DNA of 24,000 nucleotides from Lactobacillus helsingborgensis (GTDB lineage Bacteria; Bacillota; Bacilli; Lactobacillales; Lactobacillaceae): contig NZ_KQ034055.1 in assembly GCF_000970855.1 (NCBI RefSeq), forward strand, positions 25,633-49,632, given 5' to 3'. The translations under genes and the position numbers were made by a program. This document shows, piece by piece, positions 1 to 8,179 of this stretch. Each line of letters opens with the position of its first letter. The stretch's first letter is position 1. Under the pieces are notes generated by a model that saw only the letters and a program-made list of their open reading frames with translations, had not been told where the DNA came from and did not search any database.

Positions 1-1
1 A

Positions 2-151
2 TCTAGAGTTTTTAAAACACTCAAAATAGCAATTTGGGAGAAATTAACAATTGCGGTAAAAGTTGCAGTGATACAAATTGGCGTTTTAGTAGTTTTAGCA
101 TTCCTATATATATTATTGGATTTAATAGTTATGAGATTTATAGTGAGATAA
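2..151 (+). CDS. 3' end of an unidentified membrane protein (partial, enters from upstream of the window)
   Basis: The frame is open from the window edge to TAA at 149-151. The translation ...KIAIWEKLTIAVKVAVIQIGVLVVLAFLYILLDLIVMRFIVR ends in a hydrophobic helix. No family could be assigned. Confidence 0.35.
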   Translation, partial: SRVFKTLKIAIWEKLTIAVKVAVIQIGVLVVLAFLYILLDLIVMRFIVR

Positions 152-189
152 GAGCGTTGACTAAAATGAGGGATGAAATATAACTAGAA

Positions 190-2646
190 ATGAGTTTACG
201 AGCATTAATAGAAAATAATAGGTCAAAGATAAAGAAACTGCAGAAATTAGTTGAAAAAATCGAAATATTATCTGGCCAGTACTCGCAACTGAGTGATAAT
301 CAATTACAAACAGAAACGGATAGGTTTAAAACACTTTATGCTAACGGAACAAGTCTTGATCAATTATTACCTGAAGCCTTTGCAGCTATAAGAGAAGCTG
401 ATAAGCGCGTCTTAGGTATTTATCCTTACCCTGTGCAGTTAATGGGAGGTATAGTTCTTCATCAGGGAAACCTAGCAGAAATGAAAACTGGAGAAGGCAA
501 GACGATAACTGAGACTATGCCTACTTATTTAAATGCACTTGCTGGAAAGGGAGTTCACGTAGTAACTGTGAACGATTATTTATCAAAAAGAGACTTTGAA
601 GAAATGAGTTCAGTTTTCACTTTTATGGGATTAACTGTTGGGCAAAATGGAAATGATATGTCAATTGAATTAAAGCAGAAAGCCTATAACTGTGACATAA
701 CATATTCTACTAATGATGCTTTGGCTTTTGATTATTTGAGAGACAATATGGCTCTATTTAAAGCCAATCAAGTCCAAAGACATTTAAATTATGTAATTGT
801 TGATGAAATAGATTCAATCTTAATAGACGAAGCAAGGACACCGTTAATCATAGCTGGTGATGCAAAAAGCTATAAAACTATGTATAAACAGGCTGACGAG
901 TTGGCCAAACGAATGACAAAAGAAGATTATGAAATTGATCGAGAAACTAAGACTGTCACTCTAAAGCGTTCAGGTATTTTAAAAGCAAATAATGCTTTAG
1001 GATTAAAAAATGTCTACGGTAAAGATTCTTATGTATTAGCTCACTATCTTGATGTAGCTATGAAAGCTAATTATACAATGGATAAAGATAAGGACTATAT
1101 CGTTAAAGATGGTCAAGTATTAATTGTAGATACATTCACTGGTCGCGTAATGGAAGGTAGGCGGTTTTCCGATGGACTCCATCAGGCACTAGAAGCGAAA
1201 GAAAATTTAACAATCAATGATGCTAATAAAACAGAAGCAACAATAACTTATCAGAATTATTTTAAATTATATAAAAAATTAGCTGGAATGACAGGGACTG
1301 CTGCAACTGAAAGCCAGGAATTTTATGAAACATTTGGGATGCAAGTAATTTCTATACCAACAAATAGACCAAATATTAGAAAAGATATGAATGATGAGCT
1401 TTATCCAACCGAAAAATCAAAGTTTAGAGCTGTGGTTAAAAAAATAGAAAAGGTACACGCAAGCGGTCAACCAATTCTAGTAGGAACGGCATCAGTTGAA
1501 CATTCAGAGTTGATTTCAAATTTGTTATCTAGTAAAAACATTCCACATACAATGCTTAATGCTAAAAATAATGAAAAAGAAGCCGAGGTTATAGCAATGG
1601 CTGGACAGCTTGGCGCTGTGACTATAGCTACTAATATGGCTGGTAGAGGTACAGATATTAAATTGGGACCTGGGGTAGAACAACTCGGAGGGTTATTTGT
1701 CTTGGGAACCGAAAAACATGAGTCAAGAAGAATTGATGAGCAGCTGAGAGGAAGAGCAGCAAGACAAGGCAATCCAGGAATTACTGTTTTCTATATGTCG
1801 TTAGAAGATGAGGTGGTAACTAGATTTGGTGGAAAACAAGCAGAAAAAATCAAAAAAAAATGCATTAGCAATAATACAGAAATGCAGTCAATAAAAAGTA
1901 ATAGGATAATTGATAGAACAATAGAAGAGGCTCAGAAACGAGTTGAAGGAAATAATTTTGATCAGCGTAAAGAAACATTAAGATACGATGATGTATTGAA
2001 TGAGCAAAGAAAAGATTTTTATAACGAACGTCAGAAAATTATTGACTACAAAGGCGATCTGACTTCTTTCATTATAGGAATGCTAGCTAGAACAATAATA
2101 AGAGTAGTTGATAAATTCTACCTAGATTTTGAACATGCTAATTATAGAGGCCTAGTTACATACGTAAGAGAAAGCTTAAATTTAGACCTTGATCCTGAGG
2201 GGACCCTTGAAGAATTCAAATTAGCAGATAAACGGGGCGAAAAAATTAAGCGCAATCTTAAAGAAAAAATTGAAAAAAACAAGAGGTTCCATCGAATAAG
2301 TTTAAGCAGACTTAAAACATTTAGTAAAAAAGAGTTGAGAGAATATATTTTTTCACAAGTCAAAAAAGAAGTTAATGATAAAAAATCATTATTAGTTGAT
2401 GAGAGAAGCTTAAATGATTTTGAGCGAATAATAATGTTAAGACAATTTGACTACAATTGGAAAAGTCATATTTATGAAATAGAGCAATTGCGTGAAGCAG
2501 TGACTCTACGTGGATATGGCCAATATAATCCATTAGTTGAATATCAAAAAATGGCTCATACTTTGTATCAGCAAATGGTTAATAACATAGAAAAAGACGT
2601 TAGCGAGTTTTTCTTAACGGCTGAAATAAGAGAAAGTGTTCAATAA
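190..2646 (+). CDS. secA2: SecA-family preprotein translocase ATPase, accessory (SecA2-like) copy
   Basis: 818 aa. DEAD-motor motifs: MKTGEGKT (Walker A), VIVDEIDSILIDEARTPLII (Walker B), TNMAGRGTDI, and RRIDEQLRGRAARQGNPG. The protein ends just after the helical scaffold (..YGQYNPLVEYQK..) and has no C-terminal Cys/His zinc tail. It is followed 3 nt later by a SecY paralogue and is not in a housekeeping context. Confidence 0.85.
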   Translation: MSLRALIENNRSKIKKLQKLVEKIEILSGQYSQLSDNQLQTETDRFKTLYANGTSLDQLLPEAFAAIREADKRVLGIYPYPVQLMGGIVLHQGNLAEMKTGEGKTITETMPTYLNALAGKGVHVVTVNDYLSKRDFEEMSSVFTFMGLTVGQNGNDMSIELKQKAYNCDITYSTNDALAFDYLRDNMALFKANQVQRHLNYVIVDEIDSILIDEARTPLIIAGDAKSYKTMYKQADELAKRMTKEDYEIDRETKTVTLKRSGILKANNALGLKNVYGKDSYVLAHYLDVAMKANYTMDKDKDYIVKDGQVLIVDTFTGRVMEGRRFSDGLHQALEAKENLTINDANKTEATITYQNYFKLYKKLAGMTGTAATESQEFYETFGMQVISIPTNRPNIRKDMNDELYPTEKSKFRAVVKKIEKVHASGQPILVGTASVEHSELISNLLSSKNIPHTMLNAKNNEKEAEVIAMAGQLGAVTIATNMAGRGTDIKLGPGVEQLGGLFVLGTEKHESRRIDEQLRGRAARQGNPGITVFYMSLEDEVVTRFGGKQAEKIKKKCISNNTEMQSIKSNRIIDRTIEEAQKRVEGNNFDQRKETLRYDDVLNEQRKDFYNERQKIIDYKGDLTSFIIGMLARTIIRVVDKFYLDFEHANYRGLVTYVRESLNLDLDPEGTLEEFKLADKRGEKIKRNLKEKIEKNKRFHRISLSRLKTFSKKELREYIFSQVKKEVNDKKSLLVDERSLNDFERIIMLRQFDYNWKSHIYEIEQLREAVTLRGYGQYNPLVEYQKMAHTLYQQMVNNIEKDVSEFFLTAEIRESVQ

Positions 2647-2649
2647 GAG

Positions 2650-3936
2650 ATGGTTACTCCAAAAAAAGAAAGTCGCCAAAATTTGATAAGGAGATTTGCG
2701 ATTACCATATTTGTGTTAATTATATACGATCTTTTAACATATGTGACAATTCCTGGCGTAAATCCTAGACAGCTAGTTCTACTAAGCAATAATGCAACTC
2801 TTACCATGATTAGTTTGTTATCTGGAGGTGGTTTTCAAAACTTTTCACTAATGTCAATGGGGGTCAGTTCTTATGTATCATCACAAATTATAGTCCAGCT
2901 TTTACAGTCAAACGTAGTGTCAACGTTTACTGATTGGAGTAAACAAGGAGAAATAGGAAGAAGAAAATTAGGCCAACTAGTAAGAAGTTTTACAGTTATT
3001 TTAGGCTTAGTGCAATCTGTTGGCATAATTTCCGGGATTAATACTTTAACCAACTATGGTTTTGTTTTAATAAATAGTTGGTGGAACTACTTAGTAATTG
3101 GTTTCTTGTTAACGGCTGGCACATTTATTGCAATGTGGCTAGGGGATCAAATTACACAATATGGATTAGGAAATGGGATATCAGTAATTATTGCAGCAGG
3201 TATTGTCAAGCAATTGCCGAAAAGCGTTAAATCATTCATATTAAATGTGTCTGATACAGCTGGCACAAGCTGGGACAAGATTTTTTTTGTGTGTTTCTTA
3301 TTAATTAGTTTGGTTGTTTTTATTACTTGGTTTAATCGATCTGAATATAGAGTTCCTATACAGTACACCAGAAGGATAAGTCAAACTTCTCCCTACAGTT
3401 ACTTACCATTGAAAATAATTGTGCCGTCGGTTGTCCCGGTTATTTTTAGCAACAGTATTTTAATGATTCCGCAAACATTTTTAATGTTTTTTCAGAATGA
3501 CCAAAAAAATAATTGGTTTAGAGTAGTCAATAATATTTTTTCTTTAAGTACAACTACTGGCATTGTTTTATATATTATTTTAATAATATTTTTTACTTAT
3601 CTTTATTCTCTGATTCAAGTTGACCCAAATATTCTAGCAGACAATCTTTCTCGTCAAGGAGCTTATATACCAGGTGTGTGGCCTGGGGAACCCACAGCTA
3701 TCTATATTCGTAATCTCTTATATGATTTAGACTTGCCAGGATCAATTTTTTTAACAACAATTTCTGTAATTCCAATAATATTATCAAATAGTATTTCACC
3801 AAACCTAAGAACCGGTTTAAGTGGCTCAAGTTTATTAATTGTTATTGGGGTTTTAACAGATATTGGCAGGCAAATAGAGGGATTAAAGTTTAAAGAAAAT
3901 AATCCAAAGATATTAAATGCAGAATATGAAATTTAA
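2650..3936 (+). CDS. secY2: SecY-family translocon channel paralogue (SecY2-like)
   Basis: 428 aa and polytopic, with roughly 10 hydrophobic segments. SecY signatures: IPGVNP, LLSGGGFQNFSLMSMGVSSYVSSQIIVQLL and DWSKQGEIGRRKLGQ. It is not in an rplO-secY-adk ribosomal context. The start lies 3 nt after the secA2 stop. Confidence 0.8.
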   Translation: MVTPKKESRQNLIRRFAITIFVLIIYDLLTYVTIPGVNPRQLVLLSNNATLTMISLLSGGGFQNFSLMSMGVSSYVSSQIIVQLLQSNVVSTFTDWSKQGEIGRRKLGQLVRSFTVILGLVQSVGIISGINTLTNYGFVLINSWWNYLVIGFLLTAGTFIAMWLGDQITQYGLGNGISVIIAAGIVKQLPKSVKSFILNVSDTAGTSWDKIFFVCFLLISLVVFITWFNRSEYRVPIQYTRRISQTSPYSYLPLKIIVPSVVPVIFSNSILMIPQTFLMFFQNDQKNNWFRVVNNIFSLSTTTGIVLYIILIIFFTYLYSLIQVDPNILADNLSRQGAYIPGVWPGEPTAIYIRNLLYDLDLPGSIFLTTISVIPIILSNSISPNLRTGLSGSSLLIVIGVLTDIGRQIEGLKFKENNPKILNAEYEI

Positions 3937-4330
3937 AAATAATGTAAAAATCTTTAGAAAAGTAAAAAATATGCACCATTTTATTGAAATAGCATTGCTT
4001 GTAATAGGAACTAGATATATTTTTTTGCCTTATACAAGATATGTAATTTGGGAGCAAAATACTACTTTTAATAAAATTAGTTCTAATTCGAATAAATTAG
4101 CAATCATTTACCGTAAAGATTGTATTCGGTGTAAAAAAACTTTACCTAGGCTAATGATAAAACATGCTTTAGACAAAAAGTATGTATACATAATTAATGT
4201 CAATAATTTAACTAAAAGGCAATTAAAGAGACTAGATGTCAATAGTACGCCGGTATTTAGACTGAAAAACCTAAGTTATAACACTGTAGACCAAAGGAAA
4301 ATACAGGATCTTTGGTTGAATTCAAAGTAA
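3917..4330 (+). CDS. Small membrane-anchored thioredoxin-fold-like protein with a CxxC motif (start codon uncertain: 3917, 3926 or 3971)
   Basis: There is one N-terminal hydrophobic helix (HHFIEIALLVIGTRYIF). It is followed by LAIIYRKDCIRCKKTLP (beta-strand then CxxC), VYIINVN and STPVF, an order typical of a thioredoxin fold. The ORF overlaps the secY2 stop, and no clear SD precedes it. Confidence 0.5.
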   Translation: MQNMKFKNNVKIFRKVKNMHHFIEIALLVIGTRYIFLPYTRYVIWEQNTTFNKISSNSNKLAIIYRKDCIRCKKTLPRLMIKHALDKKYVYIINVNNLTKRQLKRLDVNSTPVFRLKNLSYNTVDQRKIQDLWLNSK

Positions 4331-4385
4331 ACGAGATTTAAGTCTTTGGTTAATTTTAAAAGAAGAAAAAGTTACACTCAATTTA

Positions 4386-4424
4386 TAAAAAAACAAAGGA
4401 GCGCGTCTTATTTCTAAGACGCGC
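4386..4424. terminator. GC-rich hairpin, possible terminator (U-tract only on the minus-strand reading)
   Basis: Perfect 10-bp stem GCGCGTCTTA/TAAGACGCGC (4401-4410 and 4415-4424) with loop TTTC. An A-run at 4386-4393 precedes it on the + strand, which reads as a T-run after the hairpin on the - strand. No T-run follows it on the + strand. Confidence 0.4.
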
Positions 4425-4531
4425 CAGTTACAGCGAGGTCTGTACACAATAGTTAAGTTATTAAATAATAAACAAAAGGCAAATTTTACTTTTAATTTGA
4501 ATTAGAAAGCTTGAACCAGAGTGTAATGAGA

Positions 4532-4564
4532 TAAAAAAGAAGTGCATTGTGAGCAATGCACTTC
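4532..4564 (-). terminator. Rho-independent terminator of the helveticin-like gene
   Basis: Perfect 11-bp stem GAAGTGCATTG/CAATGCACTTC (4539-4549 and 4554-4564) with loop TGAG. On the minus strand it is followed by TTTTTT (4533-4538). It lies 35 nt downstream of the stop at 4599. Confidence 0.7.
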
Positions 4565-4598
4565 TCAATATAGATAGATTATTCTATTTTATTTATAT

Positions 4599-5756
4599 TT
4601 AATTTGTCACACTTTCTACGGGGACCCAATCCCAGTTTAATTCGTAAATCACGTTTAATACTGTCGTGTTTTTACCTTTTACTAAAGCATGGTAAGCAAC
4701 AGTTACATAAGCATGATCTTCATCAATTATTTGAATACCTTCAACTTCACTATGCTTACCGGCGATGTCGATTTTTTTCCATTTACTTAGGTTGACTGCA
4801 AACCAATTAGACATATCAGCTCTTTCTTCTTCTGATAATTTTTCCCCATTTTCACTTCTTGAAGGAATTTTTATAATTTGTTTGTGATATGTTGTAAATT
4901 TCTTTTTAACTTTATCGTAAAATGGGGATTTTTGACTGGTAATATAAATGTTACCGTCATTGTCTAAATCGTATCCCTGAACAGACTCAATATTTCCTTG
5001 ATAGCGTATTACATCGATAGGTTGCTTAGTTTTTTTGTCTTTACCCTTCTTATACATGTTTAAAAAGGGTTTGACAGTAAAACTTTCTATCTCACTTTTA
5101 TCTGGATCTTTTAATTTATCCGTCAAATCACCTATATTAATAAGACCATGTTCACCTTCTTTTTTATCAAGTTCCTCGTTAATACAATGAGTAGGATAAA
5201 TTGCAAAATGTCCAGTACCATTTTTCTCTACACTGGCAATTAAAAACTTTTTATAATCAGGTGAAAGGGCAATTTCAACTCGATGCATATATTTGCCAGC
5301 AAATCTATCTTTTTCATTTCCTGCTCTGTTTAAATATCCTAATCGTGTAAGCTGAGCATTAGAACTATATACAGGCTTGGAATTTTTGATATCAATTCTA
5401 GCTATTTGAGTATCCCATTTACTTGAACCTTTACTACTCTTTGTTCCAACAAACCATTTATTTGTAATACCAGAATATTCCCATGTCTCTGAATGTCCTC
5501 CAGCCTTACTTTTAAGAATTAATAAAGGTGAGGATTCATTCATTGGTATTTTAAAGTTTGTTCCTTCTTCATTTGATTTTGGCCGTTTGCCTCGTAAAAT
5601 ATAAATGTTTTTACTTTGACCTCTCAATTGAAGAGCATAGATAAAAGATGTACCAATATTACCTTTCTGTACAACAGAATGATGTTTTATATCTAGTTCA
5701 AACTTTTTAATTTTATTTATGTGCGTTGCATATGACTTAAACTTAAATTCTACCAT
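4599..5756 (-). CDS. Helveticin J family (class III bacteriocin-like) protein, no signal peptide
   Basis: 385 aa. Blocks I recognise from helveticin J homologues: VVQKGNIGTSFIYALQLRG, AGGHSETWEYSG, LSPDYKKFLIASVEKNGTGHFAIY, SVQGYDLDNDGNIYITSQKSP, HKQIIKIP, GKHSEVEGIQIIDEDHAYVTVAYH and IYELNW. The SD is AAGGAG, 8 nt before the ATG. The N-terminus is hydrophilic. Confidence 0.85.
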   Translation of the reverse strand: MVEFKFKSYATHINKIKKFELDIKHHSVVQKGNIGTSFIYALQLRGQSKNIYILRGKRPKSNEEGTNFKIPMNESSPLLILKSKAGGHSETWEYSGITNKWFVGTKSSKGSSKWDTQIARIDIKNSKPVYSSNAQLTRLGYLNRAGNEKDRFAGKYMHRVEIALSPDYKKFLIASVEKNGTGHFAIYPTHCINEELDKKEGEHGLINIGDLTDKLKDPDKSEIESFTVKPFLNMYKKGKDKKTKQPIDVIRYQGNIESVQGYDLDNDGNIYITSQKSPFYDKVKKKFTTYHKQIIKIPSRSENGEKLSEEERADMSNWFAVNLSKWKKIDIAGKHSEVEGIQIIDEDHAYVTVAYHALVKGKNTTVLNVIYELNWDWVPVESVTN

Positions 5757-5874
5757 TTTAAATATCTCCTTCTAAAATATACGAACACGTGTTCCTATAT
5801 GTGAATATATCATTTTTCTGGGTTAAAAGCAAATCTAAATTTGGGGAAATATAAAAGTGTGAAAATACTTATTT

Positions 5875-5918
5875 ATTAAAAAATGAGACCCGAAAGTTAG
5901 ACAACTTCCGAGCCTCAT
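5875..5918 (-). terminator. Rho-independent terminator of the SLAP-domain gene
   Basis: 15-bp stem (5884-5898 / 5903-5917). Its three + strand mismatches all become G-U wobbles in the minus-strand RNA. On the minus strand it is followed by TTTTTTAATAAA. Confidence 0.6.
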
Positions 5919-5945
5919 TTCACTTTTACATAACTTCACTAATTT

Positions 5946-7040
5946 TTATTTTTTATGAAAATTTTTAATTGCTTCTTCAGGAGTATTACTTGGACTTAAT
6001 TTTAGGCCATCAATAAATTTGACATCTTTTTTCTTAACATAACCTTGACCTACATTTATTACATCAGATCCACTGCTTCCGTTTGGCAAATCTGTAGCAT
6101 AAAATTGATGACCTGCTAAATGATAAAACAGCTCTACTTTGTTATCATTTTGCACCCATATATAAAGCAATTTGTTTACTTTTATAAAACCTCCTTGTTT
6201 GATAATTTTTTGCCCATGATGATCTTGCTTTGTACCGTCAGCATTATAAACATCAGTATCTTTATAAAACATAATATAAGTATAATGTTCAAATTTATAA
6301 TCATGTATTGGTATTTTCTTATCCGCTTTGACATCGCGGTACCATATCCAAAAGTCTGTACCTTTAATATGATATTCATATCCATCAGGATCGTCTATAT
6401 CCATGGAAGAATATTGAGCATAATCAACTTTGAATTTGGTTCCTTTCTTGACTCTCTTTACAATGTCTTCATCGTCACTATCAATATAAGCATAATCAGT
6501 AATATCAGCACCTTTTTTTGCAGTTACTGTCACAGTTGTTTCTTCTGTATTAGAGCCAATAATTTTACCCAAGTTAGCAGCTTTGACGTATTGTTTTTTA
6601 GGTCCACCAATACGGTAATATCTTAGACCGTTCTTAAATTTGAAGGAATTGCCATAAGTTGTAATCGTCTTACCTTTTTTAAGTAAGCGAGAATCGGCTC
6701 TACGTGAACTCGTAGCGTAAACAAAGGAATTATGTTTGATTTTACGTTTAACGCCATCTATGTTGCTGGCCTTGATATATTTATTTTTACCGCTAATTTC
6801 GTAACCTGGTGCAAACGGTTTAAATCTAAAAGAAATTGGATCGTCGTCCACCGTAACTTGAGTATAAGCCGTATATTTTCCTTTGACTTTATCACCGTAT
6901 AAGTCGCAAGCTTGAGCATTATGCATTATAGTCTTAACAATACTTTTGGCGTCTACAGTATTAACATGTTGGTTTAATATCAAACTTACAGACGCGCTTA
7001 AGATAGCAACTAGTAAGTAGCGAAAAAGTTTTTTATACAT
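5946..7040 (-). CDS. Secreted surface protein with two N-proximal SLAP-like repeats and an uncharacterised C-terminal half
   Basis: The signal peptide is MYKKLFRYLLVAILSASVSLILNQHVNTVDA. Two repeats fit the SLAP pattern: IMHNAQACDLYGDKVKGKY...GKNKYIKASNIDG and IKHNSFVYATSSRRADSRLLKKGKTITTYGNSFKFKNGLRYYRIGGPKKQYVKAANLG. Confidence 0.7.
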   Translation of the reverse strand: MYKKLFRYLLVAILSASVSLILNQHVNTVDAKSIVKTIMHNAQACDLYGDKVKGKYTAYTQVTVDDDPISFRFKPFAPGYEISGKNKYIKASNIDGVKRKIKHNSFVYATSSRRADSRLLKKGKTITTYGNSFKFKNGLRYYRIGGPKKQYVKAANLGKIIGSNTEETTVTVTAKKGADITDYAYIDSDDEDIVKRVKKGTKFKVDYAQYSSMDIDDPDGYEYHIKGTDFWIWYRDVKADKKIPIHDYKFEHYTYIMFYKDTDVYNADGTKQDHHGQKIIKQGGFIKVNKLLYIWVQNDNKVELFYHLAGHQFYATDLPNGSSGSDVINVGQGYVKKKDVKFIDGLKLSPSNTPEEAIKNFHKK

Positions 7041-7162
7041 ATAACTTTTACTTCTTTCTTTAAGGCACTAACCAAACTAATTATAACGCTTTTATTTGAG
7101 TAAAATTAAGAGTAAAAGATTTTATCTAAAGTATCAAGCTAGTTAATCATAAGATATCACAG

Positions 7163-7888
7163 TTAGATAATGTCTGGATCAGAGCACCATCTGACTTCAA
7201 AGACCCGGTTACAAACTGGTACGATTGATCTAATAAAGTGCTTGTCAATTTTGAGGCTGTAATAAGAAACAGTTAAAAAAATATGATCTTCACTAATTAC
7301 TTGGATACTTTTAAATTCAGTTGTGCAGTGCTCATGATCCAAAATAGTGTCATCTAGCATATCTAAGATTCTCCATTCAGAAGGATCCGTGCTGTTCCAA
7401 GCTATTTTGATAATTTTACGGTCATGCGAAAAATAATTACTTACGGTTGGAGGATATTCGCTAGCGATATATATATTAAATCTATTATCAATTCCAAAAC
7501 CTTGGAAAGAGCCAACTAAACTACTAAAGTTTTTAATCATAAATTTACTAAAATAATCTACATTTTCAAGGTTAAGAACATCATCCTCATTATCATCAAT
7601 AAGTGATGCTATATTATTTAAATCGTAAGAAACGAAATAAGCAGTGCCACATTTGTCAATTACCATCAAAACAAAAGAGCCATAGTCTGGTGTGATTGTA
7701 ATACGTGAAGAAAGTATGTCAGACTTTTCAATATTAAAGTTACCAGCCTTATTTAAACCTGATAGATGCTTTAAAACAATACTCGAATCGTACTCGATAT
7801 AATTTGTAGGAGTAGTTTTATCTGTTAACAACTTACTATATAAAGACTTACTTATTTTATATTTAGGTATAATTAGTGCTTTACTCAT
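7163..7888 (-). CDS. Divergent, shorter helveticin-J-family paralogue, no signal peptide
   Basis: The start was moved to ATG 7888 (MSKALIIPKY..; SD AAAGGA 10 nt upstream). Blocks are collinear with the 4599-5756 product: ITPDYGSFVLMVIDKCGTAYFVSY vs LSPDYKKFLIASVEKNGTGHFAIY; SFQGFGIDNRFNIYIASE vs SVQGYDLDNDGNIYITSQ; DRKIIKI vs HKQIIKI; TEFKSIQVISEDHIFLTVSYY vs SEVEGIQIIDEDHAYVTVAYH; VFEVRW vs IYELNW. Confidence 0.65.
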   Translation of the reverse strand: MSKALIIPKYKISKSLYSKLLTDKTTPTNYIEYDSSIVLKHLSGLNKAGNFNIEKSDILSSRITITPDYGSFVLMVIDKCGTAYFVSYDLNNIASLIDDNEDDVLNLENVDYFSKFMIKNFSSLVGSFQGFGIDNRFNIYIASEYPPTVSNYFSHDRKIIKIAWNSTDPSEWRILDMLDDTILDHEHCTTEFKSIQVISEDHIFLTVSYYSLKIDKHFIRSIVPVCNRVFEVRWCSDPDII

Positions 7889-7964
7889 AAATATCACGTC
7901 CTTTAACATAAAAAACATTAATATTAACATATCTTTCCAATACCAATATAGCATAATTTTATAT

Positions 7965-7990
7965 AAAAAGCAAACGTACGTTTGCTTTTT
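7965..7990. terminator. Symmetric hairpin with A-run/T-run flanks (bidirectional terminator-like) in a divergent intergenic region
   Basis: The sequence is AAAAAGCAAAC-GTAC-GTTTGCTTTTT. It has 11 complementary positions on each side around a 4-nt loop. Confidence 0.45.
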
Positions 7991-8120
7991 GCGGAATTTA
8001 GTGCTATATTATCCATTAGTATAGATTTATTATTTAAATATTTGTGGAAATTATAAAAACCAAAAAAGGAGGTAATTGCTCAAACTAAGATGATAATGAT
8101 AGATTCGAAGTTTAAAACGT

Positions 8121-8157
8121 AAGCCTCTTGGTTCTTCTACCAATAGGCTTTTTGTTT
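8121..8157 (+). terminator. Rho-independent terminator-like hairpin just upstream of the 8180 gene
   Basis: Stem AAGCCTCTTGG/CCAATAGGCTT (one mismatch) with an 8-nt loop, followed by TTTTGTTT. Confidence 0.45.
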
Positions 8158-8179
8158 AGAAGAAGGGGAAGTGAGAAAT

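Noticed and set aside
1852-1860. A9 homopolymer inside secA2 (and A9 at 19468-19476 in the LysM gene) as phase-variation tracts.
   Set aside because: Both encode lysine runs (KKK) in an AT-rich genome where such tracts are common. The reading frames are intact and there is no evidence of slippage variants from a single sequence.
1467-3368. Antisense ORFs inside secA2/secY2 (1467-1772, 2142-2363, 2871-3053, 3147-3368).
   Set aside because: They lie entirely within, and opposite to, long ORFs that have unmistakable SecA/SecY motifs. Their translations are low-complexity, and they have no SD and no recognisable family.
190-3936. Reading these as the housekeeping secA and secY.
   Set aside because: Housekeeping secY lies in the ribosomal-protein spc operon and secA is not adjacent to it. 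This SecA lacks the C-terminal zinc-binding tail, and the neighbourhood is accessory. Final proof needs the rest of the genome, so the accessory call is kept as an inference.
4604-6626. Antisense or shadow ORFs in the helveticin-like and SLAP genes (4604-4795, 6120-6626, 6182-6385).
   Set aside because: They are opposite-strand or alternative-frame shadows of AT-rich coding sequence. The products are Ile/Phe/Asn-rich nonsense-like peptides, and the overlapped genes have strong family motifs.
7889-7954. Long N-terminal extensions offered by the ORF track. The same issue applies at 9668-9721, 10491-10544, 16131-16145, 17062-17109 and 18873-18977.
   Set aside because: In each case an internal ATG has a proper SD at the right spacing, and it begins the recognisable domain or the paralogue-aligned N-terminus. 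The extensions are hydrophobic or low-complexity, or start at GTG with no SD.
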